Assembly: GCA_000320545.1 (NCBI GenBank)
Contig: ADNK01000140.1
Location: 124,001-188,000, forward strand
Direction: 5' to 3'
Origin: Bigelowiella natans CCMP2755
Lineage: Eukaryota > Protista > Cercozoa
DNA: 64,000 nucleotides
A model generated the notes under the pieces. That model made no database searches. It was not told the DNA's origin and saw only the letters and a list, made by a program, of their open reading frames with translations. This document shows positions 39,265 to 51,974 of the stretch, piece after piece. A program made the position numbers and the translations under genes. Numbering within the stretch: position 1 is the first letter of the stretch; each line of letters opens with the position of its first letter.

Positions 39265-40292
39265 CCACAGCAATCATGAACTACGGCTTGAGTAATTGAG
39301 GATCCCTGCCCCTTATGCCAAAGCATTAGCATGCAGGCTAGTTGCTGTGATCATGCTACCCCAATGTATAGCATTTGTATCTGAGAATGATTAAAGAAAC
39401 ACTGTAGAATAATCAATTTGTTCTATGCAAGCATAATTATATATAATGACTTTTTTAAAAGCGGCATACACATCAGCACTTGCATATTCAAGACTTGAAA
39501 TCAATCCGCTACTTTTTCTACATATGTACTACATGTATGAGATGGATGTATTGATTGATTTAAATTGGATTAACGGTCATCCTAATGTACCTATGCAACG
39601 TGGCGTGTACTACATGATGTATATGTATGTTTGTTGAAAAAATTTAATTTGTTCATTACATCCGTCTCATATGTATGTTTGTATAGTTCTGCTACTCGTT
39701 GCATCCCCTGCTGCTTATACGGCATCATCGTACGCATTTTGGCATAAAGCGCTACTTTTTAGCTGAATTTCACAAGTAGGCCGCAGCTTATGCATCGCGT
39801 GCTCTGAGTATACTAGTATATAAGTATAACTAATGCATCGCACGGCAAACACATAAGTCCCAGCCCACATCACATTGTCCGCTGTACTAGCTGTACGTGC
39901 AGGCAGCGGTACGTACGTAGCTCAAGCGATCATCTGCATTGTTGCGGCGCACTATGCACGAGTACATGCAAGTCGGTCGATTCGGCATCTAGGGCATAAT
40001 TACATTAGAAAGATAAGCTGCTAGCGTTGGCCAAGCAAGAGACATCGACAATGTTGGACTACACAATGCACGCATACTGTTTCCATTGCGAGCGTAGCGT
40101 TGGCGTTGTTGTTGTTGTTGTTGTTGTTGTGTGTTTGCGTGTGTGGCCGAGCGCTCGAGCCCATTCGTTTTTTGAGTGCGAGCATCATATGCTCGAGTCT
40201 CCTACAAAGACTTAAGGTACACACGCCGTTCATGCTTATGGATATCATTGACTATATACTAGTCTGTCCGAGGTTGTACATGCATATACCGC

Positions 40293-41107
40293 CTACATGC
40301 TTTTTGTCACTACATTCCCGGGGAGAGCAAAGATCTTCTTAACACGCTCCTGCACTTCCTGCACATACTCTATCATAACCTTTTGCTTGTTAGATCCAGC
40401 TGGCAAGCCGAATAGCACCTTTTGAAGGATGTCGTCCAACTAGGAGATCAGGTAGCAGTAAATCAACCAAAGTGATGCAAGGATACCAAGAAAACCACTA
40501 CTCTTCCACATCTTATACAATGGCGACTATATACTGCAGCACATACAACACAAAACAAGTTCAACAATGCGTGACCTCCATAAGCAGCTCGGTTCCAGCG
40601 ACCGTTTCCTTTGCAGATAAAGCTCCTACATTGAGCAGAAACGAGTTTATTGAAACATTTTTCACAAAGGGTTAAGACGATTTAGATGAGAGCGATTCTC
40701 AATAAATAATGAACACTTCAGCAATGTTAAGCGTTAGCCAACGAACACAATAGAAGCGAGGAAACATACCAAGGATTTCGTCCCATCTTTCCTCCTATTC
40801 AATAGACCAAAACAAGGAAGTCAGTTATAATAGTTGTACGTCGCAATATGTATGTATTTACTCTTCTTTCTCATTCAGATAGAAGAGATGTATATTGATT
40901 TGCAAGCTGATATTGCATGTTCCGTGTAACCTCGTCAATGTGATCGAACATTGGTGGATGCAGTGCCGTCATCATTATCATCATCATCATCGTTATCATC
41001 GTCGTCGTCGTCATTATCATGTTGTTGTTGCTGCTCCTGCATCGTCCTCACCCGTGCTTGTAATAACTGGTGAGTCAGCTGCTGGGGGATCTTGGCGTCC
41101 TGAGCGA

Positions 41108-41142
<35 letters not shown>

Positions 41143-42977
41143 AGCAGCAGTAGTAGTAGTAGTAGTAGAAGTAGTAGTACTAAAATGAGAAGCAAGAGGC
41201 AAACATATTTTAATCACCACTCAACGATAACAACAACAAGGATGGTGATGATAATGATAATGGTTGTGTGTGTGTGTGTAGGAGATCAAAGTTATCTTGA
41301 TAATACTGAATTGAAACTGACCTCTGGGCACTTAAAATCCCCTGTTTCTAACGTGACAGCACTCACTAGGTGCAGGACCTAGAGGAGGAGGAGGTGGAGG
41401 AGGAGATGGTAGGTGTCAATAGATCGATCGGTCAATAAGGGAACATTTAACAGCGAAAGCACCAAAGATGTCGTTTCAGTCTACGGTCTAAACAATAGTA
41501 TTACTATCGTTATCATCTTCATCATTATCGTCAATAATGATATGTTACAGCTCCAGTAATCATCTTCTAAGCTTAACCTTCTGTATAACCCCGACGACCA
41601 TAGCAACCTCTTGCTCCGAAGTCTCACTCGCCCTGATGGAAAGGGGGAGAGGGGTTACTGACGGGACATTTCGGACGCTCACGATAATAAGACTTCCATT
41701 TGATCGTTGTGTTGATCTTTGTAAAAAGCATCATAATCATCATCTTTGTCATTATTATCCCTACTTTTTCATCCACGCCATGGCCAATCCGACCTTGTAC
41801 AACATGATTACAAGAAGCGATCGAATTGAATAATAACGTCGATATAGTCAGAGATTGCAGCATGAAATGAAAAATCTCGCTGAAGTATGGATGTTGGGAA
41901 CAAAACCAATGTATTACATGACATCTTTGAAGTCAACTATCACTTCTTATCAATATCGATATTGTACTTTCGATGTTACATGCACATGCATAGAAAAGAA
42001 TTACCAGCTGATCTGAGCCTCCATCTTCTTCCTGAAGTACCTTTTCAAAGATGATTACAATAATGGTGATGATGATAGCAGAAAAGTAATTGACATCTGA
42101 TGATGATGATAATGATGATAATGATGTAAAATATCAACAGCAGCTATCGTCTTAGTGGCTGCATTAAGTAGCAAACAACCTTCCTCATACGTTCGAGCTC
42201 ATCATCATTTAATGGTAAAAACCATTCGCCCTGTCATGTTGATGACGATAATGGTGATGATGATAGGGATAATGATGATGATGATGATAATGATGATGAT
42301 GATGGTGGTGGTCAGATTAGCAGAGAAGTATTCACAAGACAATATTGAGTATACTATGAAAAGAGGAAATGAATAATAATTTGCTCTTAGAGTATCTTTC
42401 TTATCGGTAATCTTGATGACTGTTGCATTCACGATGAAACGGTTATGCTGCATTTCATCGCAAGTAGCGAGAAGAAGTGTGTATCATGAGTGCTTGATGT
42501 ATACATTCTCATTAGCCCCAGCAGCCATCACACTGAATCAATGAATTTAGACAAAGAAGTTGCAAGAAGATGATTATTCTAATAAGAAGAAGACGGATTG
42601 ACAGCCTCATCAATACAACATGGCTAGATTTACGATCGATTAGAAGAAAATGCTTGCAGAAGGAGTTAATAATCTCTTCCGTCTCTAGTTCCTTGCATAT
42701 ATCGTTGAGAAATGAAAATAGCAGCAAAGGGAACAACAAACATTATACCGTTGGAGAGAGGCTTCAGCTTGCTCTGCTGTTTGACCAGCCTAAAGATTAC
42801 GTCACGAATACATTCAATGCCACTCCTCCTCACACACCTACAACATTCTACCCAATTAATACCATAATAACTATGGAGATATAAATGATGATTGTCAAGG
42901 TTGCTGATCTTATAACTACAATGCAGCTACAACAAGAGATGTTATGGATAACACAAACCCAAAAGAGAGACATCATT

Positions 42978-43017
<40 letters not shown>

Positions 43018-43919
43018 GAATAAATAATACCTTTTCAGCTATATTTTTGCATATACTTTGGACGTCACTACGATATTGTCATCATCGAAGCAAAGGATGG
43101 AGATAGCAAGGAAAACACATATGAGAGATCAGCTTACACATACAACATGCACACATCAATAATATATGCATCATGATTGAACGTGTCACATATCTTCCAG
43201 CTATTGTGTTGTTGCTGAACGTCGTTACTTAGTTGCGAGCCTATCTTTTCTCTATATATGTATATACCATTTAAGTAGTACCGTGCCATTTGTGAAACTC
43301 TTGCCTTTTCTTCTTCAGTCTACGTCAATTCAGCACCATATCAGACCGAACTAAAAACAACTGCTATCCACTCTTCGCTCACTCTCTCCCCTCCTCCCCT
43401 CTCGATAATGATACGCTTTATTCGTTGTACCACTCTTACCCCTTTTCTCTCTCAAACATTCGTTATTATCATCAGCATATAAGATACATTTCTACTTTTT
43501 TTACGATTACCTGAGCACTGTCATATCTGGCAGCAACGCGAGACCAAAAGCTAAGAGCAAAGGCATTATTATCATTAGTATAATTATTATTATTGTTCTT
43601 TATTTTACACAAGACGACGAAGAAGGAGAATATTGTAGAGTGAGAACTACTAGACAGGAATCAAGCGGACAAAGAGTTCGCCGTGTTGAAGGCAATAACC
43701 ATCGGTTTCATCCTTAGATGGAGTTAAAACAACGTGGAATCATCGTCGTTTCATCATCATTCTCTAGATGAGATGAAATGTTCACGCCTTATTGTAGTCT
43801 TCTTCAGATTAAATTATTAATTCGAATTTAGACACATACAAGTAGTAGTAAATGTGGATTAATATAAGAAAACGAAGTAAGTCGTTACACCTCGTTCTCT
43901 CTTCCTATCCCCCTCCTCC

Positions 43920-43977
<58 letters not shown>

Positions 43978-45476
43978 ACTATCATGGTTGAATACTTGTT
44001 ATCTTGAGTTAACATCCCAATCTTCGATGAGACGGTCTACGAAAGGGGGGTTGCATGGCAGGGGTAAGGTGTTGTTGAATAATCTTTTTCTTGCTGCTGA
44101 AAATGATGATTGATGATGATGACAAAACGATGGTAAGTCGATTGGCAATATGATTACGATTGTTATGGGAGATCGAACAGTAGTAGTATTTACCTCCTTG
44201 AGCTGATTCTTATCACTTGCTTTTAGAAAATCCTCGACGAGACGATCGACAAGAGCAATTCGCTGCATCTGATTTGATGATGGCGTTCATATTTGTGGTG
44301 AATGTAATGATGATAGTGCTTGACGATAAGCGTCAATACTCTTTAAGAACTAATATTCTCTCTCTCTCTCCCTACTTACTACTACCGTTTCATCTTCACG
44401 ACGTTCCGCAACAAGCACCTCGACCATCTTCATCACCTGTAACAATCGTCAAACAAAGGTTTATCATCAACCATCACCCCTTTGCTTCTTCTCTATACTT
44501 CCTACCCTCCTATACCCCTCAGGTGTGAGTTAATTCGTCATCTTCTACTCCGTATCATTACCAACAGCATGAATACAACTGTATAGCACATATGTACTTT
44601 GTCCGCAATTTTTTGGAGATCATTTTTCTTCGCCTCGCTTTCAGCAGCATCGTACCGACCCATGTAGACCATCCAAAAGTCTTGATCTGAGCAGTATAGC
44701 GGAAGGTGATGATAATGATATATAAGCGTATTGTTATCAAGTGTGAAATGTTGATAATGATGGCTGCTGACCAAGAAGCTGGAGGTTCTCACGTAGCAGC
44801 TTGCCAAGCTCAGGACTCTCCGACATTTCGATTATCTACATTGAGAAGTTAGGAAATAATCATATCGATAATGATGACGACGACGATGATATTGATGATA
44901 ACCTGATCAACAACTTCTCCTTGTTCGACTCTTTTCTTCTCTAGATTTGCATCTGCCTCATTCGTATTCTGATCCCCCGTACTTGCTTCCATAGCAGATC
45001 CAATTAGAATAGATTTACGTCCGTAACGTTTGCTCATTAGGGGCAGTTGTGGGAGAGGAGAAACTAGATTGTTTGATAGGGATAACGACGGCAATGATGA
45101 ATACATAGTTGTCGCTGTTTTTCTACATTCTGGAAATTTGGAACTCATCCGATGGAGAGCACCTCGATTTTCTGTGGTAAAAAGAAGTAACACTTGAGAT
45201 AGTGGAGTAAGATTGAGTTGTAGACTACTTTGATAATAGACTGCCGTCACATGTATATGGAATTCTTAGTAAGGTACCTGGTAAGACATTTATGCTCCTC
45301 TGCATTTGAATTCGAGCGTTTCTCAAAGATGCTGCTGTTTGTTGCCTTTGTTGTCCTCTTTCACTTAATCGCACATTATTTATTCCCATGGTGGCAACGA
45401 AAACCAGGACTGCACCCAATATGATGGCTTGTTTCTTGTGGTTGCTTCGCGTCGTCGCGCATACTTTATCGAGCAT
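40293..45476 (-). CDS. Conserved uncharacterised alpha-helical plastid-type protein encoded by many very short exons
   Basis: Leader MLDKVC...IILGAVLVFVATMG. Exons FWMVYMGRYDAAESE, FWSRVAARYDSAQTEEEK, GEWFLPL, AWMKKA, VIQKVLHL, EERWDEIL, VLFGLPAGSNKQKVMIEYVQEV. This resembles (from memory) an uncharacterised plant/algal chloroplast family. Confidence 0.75.
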
Positions 45477-46289
45477 GATGACTCTAAGCAAAATAAATTC
45501 AACGTATGTAAGTTCAAATGTAAAGAGATAGCAGCCGTGGCAATTAGTCCCCACCTCCTCAGTGAGTGCGAGTAGTAGTGCGTATGCGTGTATGAGATGT
45601 GTTGCTGGTTGATCAATCAGACCACCCCTTGCGAGTACACAGCAGGACAATGAATCCGTAATGTTAGTAAGCCTGAAGTAATATTGACGATGATGATGAT
45701 TCTATAGGATATTACCCTAACAATTTCTTGCCTAAACAGAAAAGAAAGAGAACACGTGTCCAAGATTTGTGCGGAAAACAACTGTCGAGGAGGAACTTTA
45801 GTTGTTCGAACGGTCGATTGGCAGTCCACGTGGCTGCTACTGCAGAGTACCCTACTAGTACCAGACCAGTCGACAACAAAGCCAATCAATTCCACTACCT
45901 GCGACAGGAAAAAGGACAAGACGTACACGTGGTAACCAAGCGCCTTTTGTGCTTACGAGAAATCCTCCGATCGGAGTTCCTGGAATTTAATTTTCCTACG
46001 ACTTGATCTTGACGTTGTCGCAGTGAGGTTATATCCTGTGTTGTGTGTTTTCTTGAAAATGTCTGATTTCTCGAGATTTCTTCGGCGAAGACAAAGCCTG
46101 GCCGACAGAATTCATACACATCTTGCTCTTCTATGTGCCTCTGTATACCCGGCCACCCACATCCGAAGAAGGGGAACGGTATCTCTAGGTTGTGGGGGGA
46201 GGATTGCAATTTTAAGAAGCTGTAATACTAGTACCGTTGTCATTTCATCTAACGGGGAAGTAGTCGCAACGCTCAGCCCTTGGACGACA

Positions 46290-47165
46290 ATGGAACCGTT
46301 AAATCATCATCCTCGCCTCGGCACGGCAAGGTTGGTTGGGTTATTCATCCTTGCAAGTATGGTTGCTCGTCTTGCTTTAGTACGCTGTGCTGGGATACAA
46401 TTGCTTCAACGACCAGCAATGGAAAGCTCCCAGTTAATTGCTTCTTCTCTGTCGCTTCCAACTTCCCTTCACCATCGCAACCCAATTCACTCAAAAGTCG
46501 ACCCTCAGAATACGGCGTGCTGATTTGCCACGAATTGCACGCGATTCATATATATTTTCCCGAGTCAAAAACACGGTTGATGGAGAGATAAATAATGCCC
46601 CCCCTCATTCTCCGTATGATAGCTATCCAAAAGAACTCGGTAGCGTTAACACTAGAAAGCGCAATGGAGCTGAGGACATAGAACACATTTCACGAAGAGT
46701 TTCCACTCCAACCCGTCAGTGGTAATTTTCAATCTTCTAGGCTAAATTTTCAGTATATTTTTTACGATGGGTGTTGATTTTGTTGTTTTTCACAACAGGT
46801 ATATAGACTTAAAGGAAAATCGACGAGGCTTTTATTTGAAGATACGTGAAAGCAAATATACGGCCGTGAGTGTCCTTACATTCTTTGCTGCATGTACTAC
46901 TACACGGATAAAATATAGGATTAGGACGAATAGAGTTTCAAAGTGAAGACATGGTCAAGGTAGGGCGAGAGAGGTCTACAGCAGTGGCAGCAGCAAATAC
47001 GGTTTCTCATATATTGATGATTTTGGTAGCCTACATATTCAGATAATACGTGTCGTTAACGTCATATTCCACGTCTACGATTCAGTGGAAGTCTTTGGTG
47101 GAACCGAACTTGAGGGAAGGGCAATATTAATGCACATAGATACTAAATCTACAATTGCAGAATAA
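46290..47165 (+). CDS. Protein with an N-terminal signal-like peptide and a single PUR (PurA-like) nucleic-acid-binding repeat
   Basis: Spliced EHISRRVSTPTRQWYIDLKENRRGFYLKIRES...GRIEFQSEDMVKIIRVVNVIFHVY matches the PUR repeat pattern (..FYLDVKEN.RG.FL.I.E..). N-terminus LVGLFILASMVARLALV. First intron boundary uncertain. Confidence 0.65.
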
Positions 47166-47978
47166 GCAGGAGCACCATGACTTCACCCGCTTGCAACTGC
47201 TCGTTTGAACACAGAACTGGGATGTCAACTTCCGCGACTCGAACATTTCTCTGTGTTTGCTGTGCGAGTCATGCATGTCGTAGCATAGTAAAGCGATCAT
47301 CGTGAGCCACTCTGACGCAGCTGTCGTGTCGTATCAAGTACATAATCCCTCGTCTTGCATGCATGAACGTTGGAGTATTTTGCATGTACCACACGCACAC
47401 ATAAATACGAGACGCGGATGTAATGAATGTGTCAAATTCTTTCAACTAGCCATCATCCTAATGCAGGTTTGCAAAGGTGAATGTGGGTAGCTTTGAACAA
47501 CAGCTACATTGGGATGCGACCATTGAAAGAATTCAATTTGTTCATTACAACAATGGGATGCACAGTCATTATTTCCGTCTCACAATGACAACTGCATCCT
47601 ACGACTGCCTGTCGTCTACACCTACATGCTCATCATGCGCAGTAGCCATGCGTACGTGAGCACATAAGTGATTAATGTTGCAATTATACATCTAGCAGAT
47701 GCTAGCGACTGTGCTACTATTCTGTGCGTGCTTGTGTGACATTGCGGCTATGCAAATACACACTCAACATGCACGCGCCTCATAGGAACGACTATAATAA
47801 ACGCCTTCGGATGTTTCGAATGAGCAATCCTCTATATCATAGACATAGCATGTCACAGCAACCATTGGCCAAACTAAATCATAGTGTTTGCTGAGTAAAT
47901 GTTCCAGCGTCGTAGCCTCGTTTTCGACTCAAAGATGTAAGACTCATGCACACACATGCACAGTGAGTTTGTGAATAT

Positions 47979-48014
<36 letters not shown>

Positions 48015-48121
48015 TTATATATGAATCGAATCTTAGCTCCTGTAACGCATGCTTGTGTGGTTGAGCCATTTTCGATGCGATAATGTCCTCTCATATTCAG
48101 CTATAAGTCCTTGATCAAGTG

Positions 48122-48260
48122 TTAACCTTGTACATCAACTTCCAGATTATGTTTTTCGAAACAGCGCCCGCCATACATGCCCTCTCTGATAATACGTTAG
48201 AGTGACACAAACGCAGTGATGACAAAGAAGAAACTCATATCAATAAGCATGCAATTATTC

Positions 48261-48310
<50 letters not shown>

Positions 48311-49411
48311 ATGTGTGCGTGTGTGTGTGTGTACGTTGACCTGCTCCATAACATATTTCTCGCGTTCTGTTGCGACTCCTGTTGGGTTCTCACTAAGCCA
48401 TAGCCAAGATTTCTTTAATTCTTCAAGCACAGGATCCTTAGCATCTTCCTTGGACTCGCCATCATCATCATCGGTACAATCTTCGATCTTTTATTCAAAT
48501 ATTCAAGCATTCAGCTAAATTGACAGTAGTAACAGCGATAGGGATTACGTAGTTGTTGTATATTCCTATTGCTATGATCTATTTACCTTAACGGCTTCAT
48601 TGCACTTGTTGGTCACATCCACAAAGCTTGGGTTCTCAGCGAGTTGCCGGCGCATATCAATCGCAACTGCTTTTATGTCGGATTGGATGAAACATCCCCC
48701 CCCAACCTCCAAACTGTTCGCTATGGATTCAACAAGGTCGGTGTTGAACATCCTCCGTTTCTTGTGTCTTTTTTTGAACCATGGGTCAGGCATTAAGGCA
48801 GAGATGCCTGAAATGGGTCCTGGATATCCCTTAAGCACCTGAGTATCATCACGTCGAGATTACTAAGATCCAGACACTAATGTAGCCTTTCACATCGGGA
48901 GAACTAGCCCCCATTTATACCCTGTCCCAAGCTCCTTGTACGTTTATGTTCCCATCAAGGACGTATGCATTCCTGTTAAAATAATTGGATAATTGGCGAT
49001 GATGCACAAATCTGGCCTCCTAAATGTAGCTGCTATTACTTTACTCCGAACTCTTCGCGCCAGTGATTTGCTCGATGGGCAAGGGGAGCTCGAATCTCTA
49101 TCCCTAGGAAATTTGCCTTTCCCTTGTGTTTGAGTGCTAACTGAAGGAGAAATCTGCCAGAGCCTGACAAAGCAATGAATACACGATGATGCTAAATAAT
49201 CATCAGCTGGCTATTGTTGTCGCTTTGATGTTTACCGCATCCAAGGTCTATATAAAGCGGCAGCGATGGATCTTCAAATACACGGTCTTCGTCGCTCCAA
49301 GAAGGCAAATTGGGAAGCACCTTTTCCCATCCAGTAATTACAGCACATCAAGGAAGAATCGATCATTTTGTCGACACAATACTCCCCCCCGCCCACTCAC
49401 CCACACACATG

Positions 49412-49452
<41 letters not shown>

Positions 49453-49788
49453 GATTGAGGGGGGAGATGGACAAACAAACCTGGTGCATTGCAGCGAGGG
49501 GATTGACATGTTGCCTGCATCTGACTCTCTCGAATACGCGGCTAGGCTCCTCTACAGGCTGAATCTTCGAGAAAGGATTGTCCTAATCAAGTATAACAAT
49601 AATTACAGCTGTAAAACCGCTTAGGAGGAGGAGAAATATGCTCATCAGAGTGGGAATGGAAAGAATTGCAAGTTGATGAACCCCCGCCCTATGCTGCTAA
49701 GTACCAGTATAGGTGATCGGTCAAATCGGAACGGATCAAAGGAGGAGGAAGAGGCAACAGCAGGCCCACCCTCTCCACCTCCAGCCAT
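48122..49788 (-). CDS. trmB: tRNA (guanine-N7)-methyltransferase, TrmB/Trm8 family, multi-exon (start uncertain)
   Basis: RVRCRQHVNPL, LYIDLGCGSGRFL, NFLGIEIR, LMPDPWFKKRHKKRR, FIQSD, ENPTGVATERE, VWRALFRK. Confidence 0.92.
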
Positions 49789-50313
49789 AGTATTCACTCT
49801 TCTAGATAGTTGTCGAATGAAAGATTTACCTAAAGGTTGTCAGTTCAACATCAACTTCTCATTTCAGAGTGCAAGTAGAAAGTACCCCTTATTCCACGCC
49901 CAAGTCGTAGCATTGTGCTCTGCTTTCCAGGGGATGCTTCAAGTGACGTAGGCGGCAAAGAGGAGGCGGCAATGCCCGAGAGAAAGAAAAAAAATGAGTA
50001 GAAATTGGAGAAGTTTCGTTGCCTTTGTGGGACTGTATAGGTGTGAGGGTAGGTCATGGGGTTTGTTTATTCATTCATTCAGTAGGTCTCCATTATACGG
50101 ATTGTTTTCTGTTATTGTTTACTGACGATTATCTTTTCTGTCAATAATTAATGCTAAGAATTACGACTACTTTTATAATAAAAAAATAGTTGCTGCTTGG
50201 ATTCGCGTTTTCTTGAATTTCGATATTCCTCATCTGATAAAAAAATACCCTGGGAATATTGAAAGACAACAACAGCAACCACGAGCTGTACAGCAGGTAG
50301 TCGCCAACCGATC

Positions 50314-50820
50314 ATGGCTGACAAAGGACGACCAGTTGTCTTCTTTGACGTGAAGATCGATGGGAAGAGAGTTGGGAGGATAGAATTCGAGCTTCGGGCT
50401 GATGTCGTCCCGACGACGGCCGAGAACTTCAGGGCCTTGTGCACAGGGGAAAAGAAATTTGGGTATAGATACTCAACATTCCACCGTATCATACCGAACT
50501 TCATGGTACAGGGAGGGGATTTCACACACGGAAATGGAAAAGGAGGAAAATCTATTTACGGGAAGAAATTTCAGGACGAAAATTTTACTCTAAAGCATGA
50601 TGGGGAAGGAATCCTTTCCATGGCAAATGCTGGGCCAAATTCAAATGGAAGCCAATTCTTCATTTGCCTAAAACCAACCCCACATTTAGATAGAAAACAT
50701 GTAGTTTTCGGAAAAGTCATAAAAGGAATAGAAGTGGTGAGGGCTATGGCTTTGAATGTGGAGAAAAATGGGAATCAAGCATCTAAGCCGATAATAGATC
50801 TATGTGGTCAGCTGCGATAA
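50314..50820 (+). CDS. Cyclophilin A-like peptidyl-prolyl isomerase, intronless
   Basis: 168 aa ORF with [65 protein letters not shown]. Confidence 0.97.
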   Translation: MADKGRPVVFFDVKIDGKRVGRIEFELRADVVPTTAENFRALCTGEKKFGYRYSTFHRIIPNFMVQGGDFTHGNGKGGKSIYGKKFQDENFTLKHDGEGILSMANAGPNSNGSQFFICLKPTPHLDRKHVVFGKVIKGIEVVRAMALNVEKNGNQASKPIIDLCGQLR

Positions 50821-51198
50821 ACTCTCGTTCTCCTGGCTTTAAGTAAGCAATCATTACTTATTTGAATAATTACATGTACACATGTGCTATGTACACAGTA
50901 CACACAAAAAGATTACACCTAGCACACAGGGTATCTAAAATGTGTAGACGCAGTATTACCACATCTATAGCCTTGCATGAGACCAAGCTGGTTTTGCTTT
51001 CTTTCAAACATTCACATGAGACAGATGTAAGTTGTGAAGCGATTAAATTCCTAGCCATGCAAAGCAGCGGCTACAGCGCTCATGCTGTGTCTGTCATCTT
51101 TCTCCCAATGTAAATGTGATCATCGTCATGGCAGAAACATCACGTACTATAGAACTAGAACATCATTCTATTGTTTGTGTACGCAAGCCATAGCCATG

Positions 51199-51611
51199 GA
51201 GTTGATGACGGATCAGCAGCCCCCATTCCCTCTGATCCTGAGCAATGGCGACTTTGCAATGTGCCAGCACCACGAATTTTCATTTTTTTTTCACGCGGAC
51301 TTCGACATTCGCTTCTATCTCCTGCGCCTGCGTAGCTTGAAGTTTTGGGGGACTTGTGCAAGCATTTTTGCATCGCACATGCATTCAACGAGAGTTTCCG
51401 CCACACTTTCATGAAAATTCAATTTGTCTTGGCTCTTTCAATTTTCAAAGCCTGTGTTGTCCCACAAAGATGGACAATCAGCAGATGCAGAGCAAGCGAA
51501 TGCCGAAGTCCGTCCGCATAAAAAAAGAGTTGAAATTGAACGCGCTGGATTTTTCATGGAAAGTCGTTGTCTGCACTGCAAAAATGGGGCCTGCTGATCC
51601 ATCATCAACTC
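51199..51611. mobile_element. MITE-like non-autonomous DNA transposon (413 bp)
   Basis: Terminal inverted repeats 51199-51227 and 51583-51611 are identical at 27/29 nt (GAGTTGATGAyGGATCAGCAGsCCCCATT), with patchy similarity extending ~120 bp inward. Flanked by a direct ATG repeat (51196-51198, 51612-51614). Confidence 0.75.
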
Positions 51612-51974
51612 ATGCATCTCTAGATCTAAACATGCACAACACACATGTGCACGTGTCTAGCGTCGGCGACATCACCATGCTGCACATTATGCCTGCATGC
51701 TCGCTATGTGTGTGTGGCCACAATGTAGCGCATGTGTATACTCTACTACGACTTTGTCAATCAAATAGCGATTCACATCTCACATCTACATAGCTTAAGC
51801 TTGGGTAACGTAATGTAATCTAATCATAATGTTGTACATGGGCATCGTTTCATCCACCACAGTTGTCATCACTTTTCGTCTGTGTGATACATGATCTTTC
51901 ATTGCAGAGTCTACCTTGCAGTTGCCAGTGAAGTGTGTTAAACACACGGCAGTATAATTCTACTAATTTTGCTG

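Noticed and set aside
42385-42700. Two extra exons with GC donors (HNRFIVNAT..., ELETEEIINSF)
   Set aside because: A GT-AG exon at ~42506-42533 (RVMAAGANEN) joins the neighbours in phase and fits better.
40895-43106. Plus-strand ORFs with poly-M/D/I/H runs
   Set aside because: These are intronic trinucleotide repeats antisense to the minus-strand gene.
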